A stretch of DNA of 24,000 nt. Source: Kutzneria kofuensis (GTDB taxonomy: Bacteria; Actinomycetota; Actinomycetes; Mycobacteriales; Pseudonocardiaceae). The translations under genes and the position numbers were made by a program. Shown piece after piece: positions 1 through 8,104 of the stretch. Each line of letters begins with the position of its first letter. Position 1 is the stretch's first letter. The notes under the pieces are model-generated. The model was not told where the DNA came from and did not search any database. It saw nothing but the letters and a program-made list of their open reading frames with translations. The stretch is taken from NCBI RefSeq assembly GCF_014203355.1, contig NZ_JACHIR010000001.1:1280038-1304037 (forward strand). The letters run 5' to 3'.

Positions 1-732
1 ATGCTCAGGTGCTACCGTCGCCGCATGCCGGAAATGAAATTGGACACCGGAACATCATTGGACGCGCCGGGCGGGACCGACGCCGGATACCGCTCGGCCC
101 GGAGAAAGTCGTTGTTTTCCCTCGTTTTCGGCATCGGCCTCCCGATCGTCGTCTACTACGGGCTGACGGCGTTGGGGCTCGGGGACGGGCCGGCGCTGGG
201 GGTGGCGGCGGGCGCGGTGGCGGTCAGCCTGCTGCCGAAGGCGGTGCGGGAGCGGCGGCTGGACGGCCTGGGCATGGTGGTCCTGGCGACCTGCCTGATC
301 AGCCTCGCGCTGGCCCTGCTCAGCGGCAACGAGCGCATCATCCTGGCCAAGGACCCGGCGACGAGCGGGCTGGCGGGGCTGGCCTTCCTGGCCACGTGCG
401 TGGTCGGCAGGCCGGCGACCTTCCACTTCTCCCGCCGGCTGCGGGCGTTCACGCCGGAGCAGCGAGCCCACTGGGACCGGCTGTGGGCGACCGAGGCGCA
501 CTTCCGGAGCCTGCACCGGACCTCGTCGGCGGTGTGGGGCGCGGTGCTGTTCGGCGAGTCGGTGCTGCGGATGGTCCTGGTCTTCACGCTGCCGCCGTCG
601 GTGATGGTCGGCCTGTCCACGGTGATCGAACTGGTCGCGGTGGCGCTGGCGATCGCCTGGACGCTGTGGCACCGGCGCCGGCACGGCGGGGCGCAGCTGG
701 AAACCAGAATGGCGCGCCCGGCGCAGGCATAA
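1..732 (+). CDS. Integral membrane protein, family not recognised. The start is uncertain: in-frame ATGs at 1, 25 and 34, or upstream of the window.
   Basis: ORF from the track with high third-position GC. Several hydrophobic helices are visible (LFSLVFGIGLPIVVYYGL, MVVLATCLISLALALL, GLAGLAFLATCVV, VLRMVLVFTL, VIELVAVALAIAW). Stop TAA at 730-732. Confidence 0.6.
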   Translation: MLRCYRRRMPEMKLDTGTSLDAPGGTDAGYRSARRKSLFSLVFGIGLPIVVYYGLTALGLGDGPALGVAAGAVAVSLLPKAVRERRLDGLGMVVLATCLISLALALLSGNERIILAKDPATSGLAGLAFLATCVVGRPATFHFSRRLRAFTPEQRAHWDRLWATEAHFRSLHRTSSAVWGAVLFGESVLRMVLVFTLPPSVMVGLSTVIELVAVALAIAWTLWHRRRHGGAQLETRMARPAQA

Positions 733-780
733 GGGGAGACAGGGGTATCCAACGAGACGTGAATCGGTCATCCATCGATT

Positions 781-814
781 AACGCCGTCGAAGCCGAATG
801 GCTTCGACGGCGTT
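781..814. terminator. Bidirectional intrinsic terminator hairpin between the convergent membrane-protein gene and the PKS gene
   Basis: Perfect 15-bp stem: AACGCCGTCGAAGCC (781-795), loop GAAT (796-799), GGCTTCGACGGCGTT (800-814). It lies 49 nt after the + strand stop and 7 nt after the PKS stop (822-824). Confidence 0.75.
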
Positions 815-821
815 TCAGCTG

Positions 822-3800
822 TCAGGAAAGCCAGGCGCTGACGGCGGCCGCGGTGGTCGGGGCGTGGGCGTCCATCATCGAGAAATGGTCGCCGGGAACG
901 TCGACGGTGTCGTGCGGCCGGGCCCAGCAGGACTGCCAGTCCGACCGCTCGGTCCACGCCGGCAGCGGCTCGGACGCCCGCACGAGCAGGGTCGGCGCCG
1001 CGACGGGCTCGGGGCGGTGGTCGGCGAACAGCCGGAAGTACGCGGCCATGGCGGTCAGCCGAGCGTCTTCCGGGACGCCGGCTTCGGCCAACCGGGGCCG
1101 GATGCCGTCGAGCGCATGCCGGTCCTGCGGGTAGACGTCGATGAGCACGAGCGCCCGCAGCGCGGCGCCGTCGCGTTCCAGCCGGGCCGCCAGCGCGTTG
1201 GCCAGCGGGCCGCCGGAGGAATGCGCGACCAGCACGATCGGGCCGTCGATCCGGGACAGCGCGGCGACCTGGGCGGACAGGAGGGCGTCGAGGTCCTCGG
1301 GCAGCCGCTCCCCCGGCCCGAACCCGGGCACTGGCACGGCGTGCACGTCCCGGACGTCGCGGAACGCCGAGGCGAACCGGGCGTACTCGTACGGGCCGGA
1401 CATGGCCAGCAGGGACGGGACGCACACCAGCGCGGTTCCGGCCGGGCCGGAAGCCAGCCGGACCAGGTCGACTCCATCGGGATCGGACGGCCCGAACGTG
1501 GGCCGGAACCGGGCGGCTTCGGCGGTCACCGCGAGGAAGCCGTCGAGCTCGTCGAGTTCGACGGCACGCCGGAACATGGTGCCGAACATGCCCGGCGGTT
1601 CGGGCGACGCCGGCCGGGGGTCGGCCAGGTCGCCCGCGATCCGGGCGGCCAGCGCGGCCGGCGTGGGGTGCTCGAAGACCAGCGTCGGCGGCAGGCGCAG
1701 CCCGGTCGCGGCGGCGAGGTGGTTGCGCAGCTCGACGGCGGTCAGGGAGTCGAATCCGAGGTCCAGCAGGACGTCCTCCGGGTCGACGGCGTCGGCGCTG
1801 TCATGGCCGAGCACCGCAGCCACCTGGCTGCGGACCAGATCCAGCACCGCGGCCTCACGCTCGGGGCCGGTCAGCCGCGCGAGCCGCCGAGTGGCATCTC
1901 CGGGCGCGGCCCGGCGGGTCCGCACGCGCACGAGCCGGCTGAGCAGCGGCGGCACGGCGCCCGCGCGCACGGCGGCGAGGTCGAGCCGCATCGGCAGCGT
2001 GAGCGGAAGACCGCTGCCGAGTGCGACGTCCAGGAGGGCCAATCCCTCCTCTGTGGACAGTCCGAGAACGCCGGCGCGGGCAAGGCGTTCGACGTCGGCT
2101 TCGCCGGTCATCGCGCTGGTCGTGGCCCACAGGCCCCAGGCGATCGACGCGCCGGGCTTCCCGGCCGCGCGGCGTTGTGCCACCAGCGCATCCACATAGG
2201 CGTTCGCCGCCGCATAGGCGCCTTGTCCGGGGTTGCCGAACACGCCGGCGGCCGACGAGAACACCACGAACTTCTCGACGTCGGCCAGTTCGTGCAGCCG
2301 GACCGCGATGTCGGCCTTGGACTTGAGGACGGCGTCGATCCGTTCCGGTGTCAGGCTTTCGATCACGCCGTCATCGAGGATGCCGGCGGCATGGACGACG
2401 GCCGTCACCGGATGGGCGGCCAGCACGTCGGCCAGCTGTTCCGAATCGGCCGCATCGCAGGCCACAACGGCGGCCTCGGCGCCGAGCGCGGTCAGTTCGT
2501 CGGCGAGGTCACGCGCCCCGGGCGCGTCGGGGCCGGAGCGGCTGAGCAACACCAGCCCGCGGACGCCGTGCACCGTGGCCAGGTGCCGGGCGACGGCGCC
2601 GCCGAGAAGGCCGGTGCCGCCGACGATGAGGACGACGTCTTCGGGCTTCCAGTCGGGCTTGCCCGCAGCGGCGGTCCGCACCAGCCGTGGCACCAACGCT
2701 TGTCCGCTGTGGACGACGCCTTCGGGTTCGCCGATAGCCAGCCCGATTCGAGCCGCCTCGACAGGGTCCGCGTCCGTGTCGACGAGGACGAACCGGCCGG
2801 GGTGCTCGGATTGCGCGGAGCGCACGAGTCCCCAGACGGCGGCCAGTGCGGGGTTCGGAGATTCGACGGCGACCGCACCGCTGGTCACGATCACCAGCGG
2901 CAGCTCGGACGGTTCCGCAAGCCACGATTGAATCCGGCTCAGTGCGCGGTCGAGGACGTCACGGACATCCCCGGGCTCGCATATCCACAGCGGAGCGTCG
3001 GTCGCACCGTCACCGCTGGGCGCGGGCGTCCACTCGATGTGGAACAACGACTCGTGGTGGCCGGCCGATCCGGGCCGCAGCACGACGCCGGCGACCGAGG
3101 CCACTGGCTGTCCAGTGGGGTCGGCGAGGTCGATCGCGATGCCGTCGTTCGCGGGGGAAAGCCGGGCCCGCAGGGCGGTCGCGCCCCGCGAGAACAGCGA
3201 AACGCCCGACCAGGCGAACGGCAGGTGCACGCCGTCGCCGTCGATGAACTCGCCGAGGGCGACACCGTGGAGAACGGCGTCGAGCAACGCGGGGTGCAGG
3301 CCGCACGCGGTCGCGTCAGCATGGCGGTCCTCGGGCAGGTCGACCTCGACGAACACCTCGGGCCCGCGACGCCAGGCGGTGTGCAGGCCCTGGAACACCG
3401 GCCCGTACTCCAGCCCGGCGTCCGTTAGCACGTCGTAGAGGCCGTCGACCGCGACCGGCTCGGCGCCGGCCGGCGGCCAGGCCGTGAGATCGGCCGGAGT
3501 CCCGATGTCGGGGACGAGCAGCCCGTGGGCGTGCCGGGTCCACGGCCCGTCATCGGCCCGGGAATACACGGTGACATCACGGCTACCGCCGTCGGCGACA
3601 CCGCCGAGTTCCACGTACACCTGTCTGGCACCATCGAGGACGAGGGGTGCCTCCAACGTGAGGTCGCCCAGGGTGTGGCAGCCGACCTGCGCCCCCGCTT
3701 CGAGGGTCAGTTCGGCAAAAGCGGCGCCGGGTAACAGAACTGCTCCGCCGACCGCGTGATCGGCCAGCCAGGGATGGGTGTCGAGCGAGATCCGCCCGGT

Positions 3801-6593
3801 GCAGAGCAGGCCGTCGGTGCTGGGCACGGGCGCTGCGGTGCCGAGGAGCGGGTGCGCCAGGACGGACTGCCCCAGCGCGGCGGCGTCGACCTGGGTGGGT
3901 CCGCTTTCGAGCCAGAACCGCTTGCGTTGAAAGGCGTACGGGGGCAGGTCGACGCGCCGGGCGCCGGGGAACAGCGTGGTCCAGTCGGGGCTGAGGCCGT
4001 GGACGTGCGCCTCGGCGACCGAGGTGAGGAACCGCTGCGCACCGCCCTCGTCGCGGCGGAGACTGCCCAGGGCGACGGCCTGGATCTCGACCGCCTCGAT
4101 CCGTTCGGCGATGCCGGCGGTCAGCACGGGGTGGGCGCTGCACTCGATGAAGTACCGGAACCCGTCGGCCAACAGCCTTTGCACCGCCGGGTCGAAGCGG
4201 ACGGTGCCACGGAGATTCCGGAACCAATACTCAGCGTCGAGCTTCGCGGAGTCGCCCGGCACCGTGGAGTAGAACGGGATCTCCGGCTCGCGGGGTTCGA
4301 TCCCGGCCAGCGCGGTGAGGATGTCCCGCTCGATCACGTCCACATGGGACGAATGCGACGCATAGTCCACCGGCAGCCGCCGCGCCCGCACGCCCGCCGC
4401 CGCACACCGCGCCGCCACCTGGTCCAGCCCGGCCGGATCGCCGGAAACCACCACGGACGACGGCCCGTTCACCGCCGCCACCGACACGCCGTCGACCAGG
4501 AACTCCTGAACCTCCGGCGCGGCGACCGACATCATCCCGCCCCGTCCGGACAACGCCAGAATCGCCCGACTCCGCAGGCACACCACCCGGGCCGCGTCCG
4601 CCAGGCTCAACGCGCCCGACACGCACGCGGCCGCGATCTCACCCTGACTGTGCCCCACGACCGCCGCCGGTTCGATCCCGATCGCCCGCCACAACCGGGC
4701 CAGGGACACCATCACCGCGAACAGCACCGGCTGCACGACGTCCACGCGCTCCAAGGCGGCAGCATCCCCCAGCACCTCGGACAGCTTCCAGTCCACATGC
4801 GACAGGAAGGCCCGTTCGCAGTCAGCCATGGCCTCGGCGAACACCGACGACGAACTCCACAGCTCCGCCGCCATCCCGACCCACTGCGAACCCTGGCCGG
4901 GGAACACGAAGACGGCCTTGCCACCCGACAGGGCGCGGCCGGTCACCGTCAGCGGCGACGGCTCGCCCGCCGCGAGGGCGGCCAGCGCAGCTCGAAAGTC
5001 GTCCGGTACGGCGCCTACGACGGCGGCTCGATGCCCGAACGCAACCCTGGTCGTCGCCAGTGAGAATCCGATATCGGCAGGGTCACCCGTGACCGTGGCC
5101 AAACGCGCGGCCTGCCCCGGCAGCGCCTCCGGCGTCTTCGCCGACAGCACCCACGGCACCGGGCCGATCACCACGTCGGCGGGCGGCTCGACATTCTCCG
5201 TGGCAGGCGCCTGCTCCAGGATGATGTGCGCGTTCGTCCCGCTGATCCCGAACGACGACACCCCGGCCCGCCGCGGGCGATCCACCGCCGGCCACGCTCG
5301 CGTCTCCGTCAACAACGACACCGCGCCGGCCGACCAGTCCACATGGGACGATGGCGCGTCCACGCCCAACGTCCGGGGCAACACACCACGACGCATCGCC
5401 TCGACCATCTTGATGATCGACGCCACCCCGGCCGCCGCCTGCGTGTGGCCCAGGTTCGACTTCACCGAACCCAACCACAGCGGCTCCGCCCGATCCTGCC
5501 CGTACGTCGCCAGCAACGCCTGCGCCTCGATCGGATCACCCAGCGTCGTCCCGGTCCCGTGCGCCTCGACAACGTCCACATCGGACGTGGAGAGCCGGGC
5601 GTCGGCCAGCGCGGCGCGAATCACCCGCTGCTGCGACGGGCCGTTCGGCGCGGTCAGCCCGTTCGAAGCGCCGTCCTGGTTCACTGCCGTGCCCCGCACC
5701 ACTGCCAGAACCCGATGCCCCAGCCGCTCCGCGTCGGAAAGCCGCTCCACCAGCACCATCCCGACGCCCTCGGCCCACGCCGTGCCGTCGGCCGCCTCCG
5801 CGAACGCCTTGATCCGCCCGTCCGGGGCCAACCCGCGCTGCCGGCTGAACTCGACGAACGAGCCGGGGCTGGCCATCACCGTCACTCCCCCGGCCAGCGC
5901 CATCGTGCACTCGCCGCGCCGCAGCGACTGCACGGCGAGGTGCAGGGCCACCAGGGACGACGAGCAGGCGGTGTCGATGGTGACCGCCGGACCCTCCAGC
6001 CCGAACGTGTAGGACACGCGGCCGGAGGCGACGCTGCCGGAGTTCCCGGTGCTCAGGTGCCCACCGACCTCGTCCGGAATGGACTCGAGCCCGGACACGT
6101 AGTCGTGGTACATCAGTCCGGCGAACACACCGGTCCGGCTGCCGCGCAGGGATTCCGGGTCGAGCCCGGCGGACTCGAACGCCTCCCACGACGCCTCCAG
6201 CAGCAGCCGGTGCTGCGGGTCCATGGCCAGCGCTTCCCGCGGCGAGATCCCGAAGAACGCCGGATCGAAGTCGGCGACGTCGTGCAGGAATCCGCCGTGG
6301 CGCACGTAGCTGGCGCCAGCACGGTCCGGATCCGGGTCGTGCAGCGCTTCGAGGTCCCAGCCGCGGTCGGCCGGGAAGCCCGAGATCCCGTCCCGCTCCT
6401 CGACGAGCATCCGCCACAGGTCGTCCGGCGTGCGGACGCCGCCCGGATACCGGCAGGCCATGCCGACGATCGCGATCGGCTCGGTCGCGGCGGCGCGCAC
6501 GTCCCGCAGCCGGCCCCTGGTCTCGTGCAGTTCGGCGGTGACCTGCTTGAGGAAGTGCCGCAGCTTGTCCTCGGTGCCGGACCGGTCGTTCAT
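822..6593 (-). CDS. Type I modular polyketide synthase, single module KS-AT-DH-KR-ACP-TE (1923 aa)
   Basis: I chose the ATG at 6593-6591 ([11 protein letters not shown]...) because the KS begins 37 aa later and this ATG overlaps the GT stop (ATGA). Stop TGA at 824-822. Motifs read in the translation: KS DTACSSS (Cys210, nt 5964-5966), EAHGTGT, KSNLGHT. AT GHSQGE (Ser649, nt 4647-4649), RVDVVQ, YASH (nt 4353-4364). DH HPLL and [11 protein letters not shown] (His946, nt 3756-3758). [10 protein letters not shown] (nt 2598-2621), LDD (nt 2370-2378), YAAAN. ACP LGFDSL (Ser1616, nt 1746-1748). TE AHSSG (Ser1792, nt 1218-1220) and GDHF (His, nt 885-887). Confidence 0.95.
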   Translation of the reverse strand: MNDRSGTEDKLRHFLKQVTAELHETRGRLRDVRAAATEPIAIVGMACRYPGGVRTPDDLWRMLVEERDGISGFPADRGWDLEALHDPDPDRAGASYVRHGGFLHDVADFDPAFFGISPREALAMDPQHRLLLEASWEAFESAGLDPESLRGSRTGVFAGLMYHDYVSGLESIPDEVGGHLSTGNSGSVASGRVSYTFGLEGPAVTIDTACSSSLVALHLAVQSLRRGECTMALAGGVTVMASPGSFVEFSRQRGLAPDGRIKAFAEAADGTAWAEGVGMVLVERLSDAERLGHRVLAVVRGTAVNQDGASNGLTAPNGPSQQRVIRAALADARLSTSDVDVVEAHGTGTTLGDPIEAQALLATYGQDRAEPLWLGSVKSNLGHTQAAAGVASIIKMVEAMRRGVLPRTLGVDAPSSHVDWSAGAVSLLTETRAWPAVDRPRRAGVSSFGISGTNAHIILEQAPATENVEPPADVVIGPVPWVLSAKTPEALPGQAARLATVTGDPADIGFSLATTRVAFGHRAAVVGAVPDDFRAALAALAAGEPSPLTVTGRALSGGKAVFVFPGQGSQWVGMAAELWSSSSVFAEAMADCERAFLSHVDWKLSEVLGDAAALERVDVVQPVLFAVMVSLARLWRAIGIEPAAVVGHSQGEIAAACVSGALSLADAARVVCLRSRAILALSGRGGMMSVAAPEVQEFLVDGVSVAAVNGPSSVVVSGDPAGLDQVAARCAAAGVRARRLPVDYASHSSHVDVIERDILTALAGIEPREPEIPFYSTVPGDSAKLDAEYWFRNLRGTVRFDPAVQRLLADGFRYFIECSAHPVLTAGIAERIEAVEIQAVALGSLRRDEGGAQRFLTSVAEAHVHGLSPDWTTLFPGARRVDLPPYAFQRKRFWLESGPTQVDAAALGQSVLAHPLLGTAAPVPSTDGLLCTGRISLDTHPWLADHAVGGAVLLPGAAFAELTLEAGAQVGCHTLGDLTLEAPLVLDGARQVYVELGGVADGGSRDVTVYSRADDGPWTRHAHGLLVPDIGTPADLTAWPPAGAEPVAVDGLYDVLTDAGLEYGPVFQGLHTAWRRGPEVFVEVDLPEDRHADATACGLHPALLDAVLHGVALGEFIDGDGVHLPFAWSGVSLFSRGATALRARLSPANDGIAIDLADPTGQPVASVAGVVLRPGSAGHHESLFHIEWTPAPSGDGATDAPLWICEPGDVRDVLDRALSRIQSWLAEPSELPLVIVTSGAVAVESPNPALAAVWGLVRSAQSEHPGRFVLVDTDADPVEAARIGLAIGEPEGVVHSGQALVPRLVRTAAAGKPDWKPEDVVLIVGGTGLLGGAVARHLATVHGVRGLVLLSRSGPDAPGARDLADELTALGAEAAVVACDAADSEQLADVLAAHPVTAVVHAAGILDDGVIESLTPERIDAVLKSKADIAVRLHELADVEKFVVFSSAAGVFGNPGQGAYAAANAYVDALVAQRRAAGKPGASIAWGLWATTSAMTGEADVERLARAGVLGLSTEEGLALLDVALGSGLPLTLPMRLDLAAVRAGAVPPLLSRLVRVRTRRAAPGDATRRLARLTGPEREAAVLDLVRSQVAAVLGHDSADAVDPEDVLLDLGFDSLTAVELRNHLAAATGLRLPPTLVFEHPTPAALAARIAGDLADPRPASPEPPGMFGTMFRRAVELDELDGFLAVTAEAARFRPTFGPSDPDGVDLVRLASGPAGTALVCVPSLLAMSGPYEYARFASAFRDVRDVHAVPVPGFGPGERLPEDLDALLSAQVAALSRIDGPIVLVAHSSGGPLANALAARLERDGAALRALVLIDVYPQDRHALDGIRPRLAEAGVPEDARLTAMAAYFRLFADHRPEPVAAPTLLVRASEPLPAWTERSDWQSCWARPHDTVDVPGDHFSMMDAHAPTTAAAVSAWLS
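825..1589 (-). other. PKS C-terminal type I thioesterase (TE) domain, aa ~1669-1923
   Basis: Alpha/beta-hydrolase pattern: LVCVPS, GxSxG variant [15 protein letters not shown], and a terminal GDHFSMM histidine. Confidence 0.85.
1635..1862 (-). other. PKS acyl carrier protein (ACP) domain, aa ~1578-1653
   Basis: [13 protein letters not shown], with the phosphopantetheine-attachment Ser at nt 1746-1748. Confidence 0.9.
2124..3044 (-). other. PKS ketoreductase (KR) domain, structural plus catalytic subdomains, aa ~1184-1490, B-type
   Basis: NADPH-binding loop [12 protein letters not shown] motif in HAAGILDDG, catalytic region [19 protein letters not shown]. Ends near AWGLWA. Confidence 0.85.
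3072..3857 (-). other. PKS dehydratase (DH) domain, aa ~913-1174
   Basis: Contains HPLLG, the HxxxGxxxxP motif ([11 protein letters not shown]), [10 protein letters not shown] and [11 protein letters not shown]. Boundaries are approximate. Confidence 0.85.
4029..4916 (-). other. PKS acyltransferase (AT) domain, aa ~560-855, with methylmalonyl-CoA-type motifs
   Basis: Contains [27 protein letters not shown] and SAHPVL. The C-terminal boundary is approximate. Confidence 0.85.
5211..6482 (-). other. PKS ketosynthase (KS) domain, aa ~38-461
   Basis: Runs from [15 protein letters not shown] to [10 protein letters not shown]. The Cys-His-His triad is present (TACSSS, EAHGTGT, NLGHT), so this is a condensing KS, not a KSQ loading type. 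Confidence 0.9.
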
Positions 6594-7768
6594 GCGGCCA
6601 CCACGGCCTCCAGATGGGCGACGGCGGCCTCGATCCCCGGCAGCGCGAGCACGGCGCGCTTGGCCCGGCGGACCTGGGCGGCGATCCTGGTGTCGGACAG
6701 CACATCGCGGCAGGTCTCGAACACCGCGTCGGCCGTGGTCTCGGGGATCCGCGCGCCCAGGCCGAACTCCGCGAGCCGGTCGGCGTTGTGCGGCTGGTCG
6801 CCGAACTGCGGCAACGCCGCCATCGGCACGCCGGCCCGCACCGACTCGCGGATGCTGTTGTAGCCGGCGTGGGTCAGGAACAGCTGCGCGCATTCCAGCA
6901 GCGCCGGCTGCGGCATCCGATCGACCACGTGCACGTTCGCCCCGACCTGGATGTCCCCGACCGGGAACCCGGCCGTGGCCACCACGGCTTGACAGTCCAC
7001 ACGCGACAGTCCGTGGACGATGGCCCGCAGCGTGACGTCGGGGTTCTCCATGTCCTCGGGCGGGTCGATGCCGAGCTCCTTGAACGCGCCCATCATCGGC
7101 AGCGCCGTCCCGACGGACGCGATCACCAGCGGCCGATCGGCCGGCAGCGCGGCGATGTCCGCGGGCAGCACCTCGTTGCTCGCCACCGAACCGGGCTGGC
7201 GGTAGGTGAACGGTGTGGGCAGGTCGAACGCGGCGAACGAGTACTCGGCGGGCAGGCAGTCCAGCCGCCCGTGGCGGTGGATCGACGCCGCCGTCGTCTC
7301 CCCGGCGAGGCCGAGCTCCCGCCGCCGCTCGTTCAGCGGCTCGACCAGGCCCACCGGGTCGATCAGGTTGCCGGCCCCGGACGGGGCCGACAGGCACGGG
7401 ACGCCGAGCTGCTCGGCCACCAGCACCGCGGCCAGCTCCGCGCCGTCGCGCAGCACCAGATCCGGGGCGAACTCCTTGGCCAGCGGCATGATCGCCTGGT
7501 ATGCGGCCGTCACGTGCGGGCCCGCCGCCGTGGCCAGCAGCTGTTCGCGGACGTCCCGCCGCTGCTCCGCGCGGACCATCCGGCTGATCGACTCGACCAC
7601 GCCGGGCAGCACCGGGGCCACGCGCGGCAGGTCCGGCTCGAACACTCCGGCCAGCTCCGGCGGAACCGTCACCAGCACCTCGTGTCCGGCCGCGGCGACG
7701 GCCCGGGCCAGTGGCAGCATCGCGCGCGCGTGTCCCTGGGAGCCGGTCACGCTGCACAGAACTCGCAC
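6590..7768 (-). CDS. GT1-family (GT-B fold, UGT/MGT-like) glycosyltransferase, 392 aa
   Basis: GTG start at 7768 with an AGAGGA Shine-Dalgarno about 8 nt upstream. Stop TGA at 6592-6590 overlaps the PKS ATG. The N-terminus ([31 protein letters not shown]) and the C-terminal nucleotide-sugar motif ([31 protein letters not shown]) are typical of UDP-glycosyltransferases. Confidence 0.9.
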   Translation of the reverse strand: MRVLCSVTGSQGHARAMLPLARAVAAAGHEVLVTVPPELAGVFEPDLPRVAPVLPGVVESISRMVRAEQRRDVREQLLATAAGPHVTAAYQAIMPLAKEFAPDLVLRDGAELAAVLVAEQLGVPCLSAPSGAGNLIDPVGLVEPLNERRRELGLAGETTAASIHRHGRLDCLPAEYSFAAFDLPTPFTYRQPGSVASNEVLPADIAALPADRPLVIASVGTALPMMGAFKELGIDPPEDMENPDVTLRAIVHGLSRVDCQAVVATAGFPVGDIQVGANVHVVDRMPQPALLECAQLFLTHAGYNSIRESVRAGVPMAALPQFGDQPHNADRLAEFGLGARIPETTADAVFETCRDVLSDTRIAAQVRRAKRAVLALPGIEAAVAHLEAVVAA

Positions 7769-8104
7769 AATGGTTTCCTCTCGCTCGGCGACCGCAGGCA
7801 GGACTGAAGGCCACCCACGAAATCGTGCGCAGCGTCGGTGGAGCGCCGGTCCGGCCGGCCCTGTCGACGCTAGGACCCCTTTCCCGGCACCGATAACCCC
7901 TAGCCGCCCCTACGGGCCGAGTTGTCCACTATGGACTGCCAGTTGCCGCTGGCCGTCCGGTGGTCACGCCTGCCCTGTCAGCCTGTCGGCGTAGAGCGCC
8001 GGCCACGTCCGAGCGAGTGATTCACCGCCGGGACACGTATCGATCGCGTGCCGGCGGCCGAAGTCCCTGACGTCGAACACTGCCGTTCACACTGGAGCCA
8101 GTTG

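Noticed and set aside
798-6863. Long plus-strand ORFs opposite the PKS (for example 798..3428, 3756..5063, 4828..6012 and 5226..6863).
   Set aside because: These are antisense shadow ORFs typical of high-GC DNA. Their translations are Arg/Gly/Pro-rich with no recognisable motifs, while the minus frame carries a complete set of PKS motifs.
6594-7814. The 2330-aa track ORF (822..7814) extends the PKS 407 aa upstream of MNDRSG.
   Set aside because: The extension is an Arg/Gly/Ala/Pro-rich low-complexity translation lying over the glycosyltransferase gene in another frame. The KS starts 37 aa after the ATG at 6593, and that ATG overlaps the GT stop. The extension is a high-GC open-frame artefact.
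7931-8020. A 29-codon ORF (MDCQLPLAVRWSRLPCQPVGVERRPRPSE) in the PKS/deaminase-like intergenic region, considered as a possible leader or precursor peptide.
   Set aside because: It has no RBS and only moderate third-position GC (about 79 percent by hand count), and its ATG sits inside a small palindrome. There is no adjacent RiPP machinery. The evidence is insufficient.
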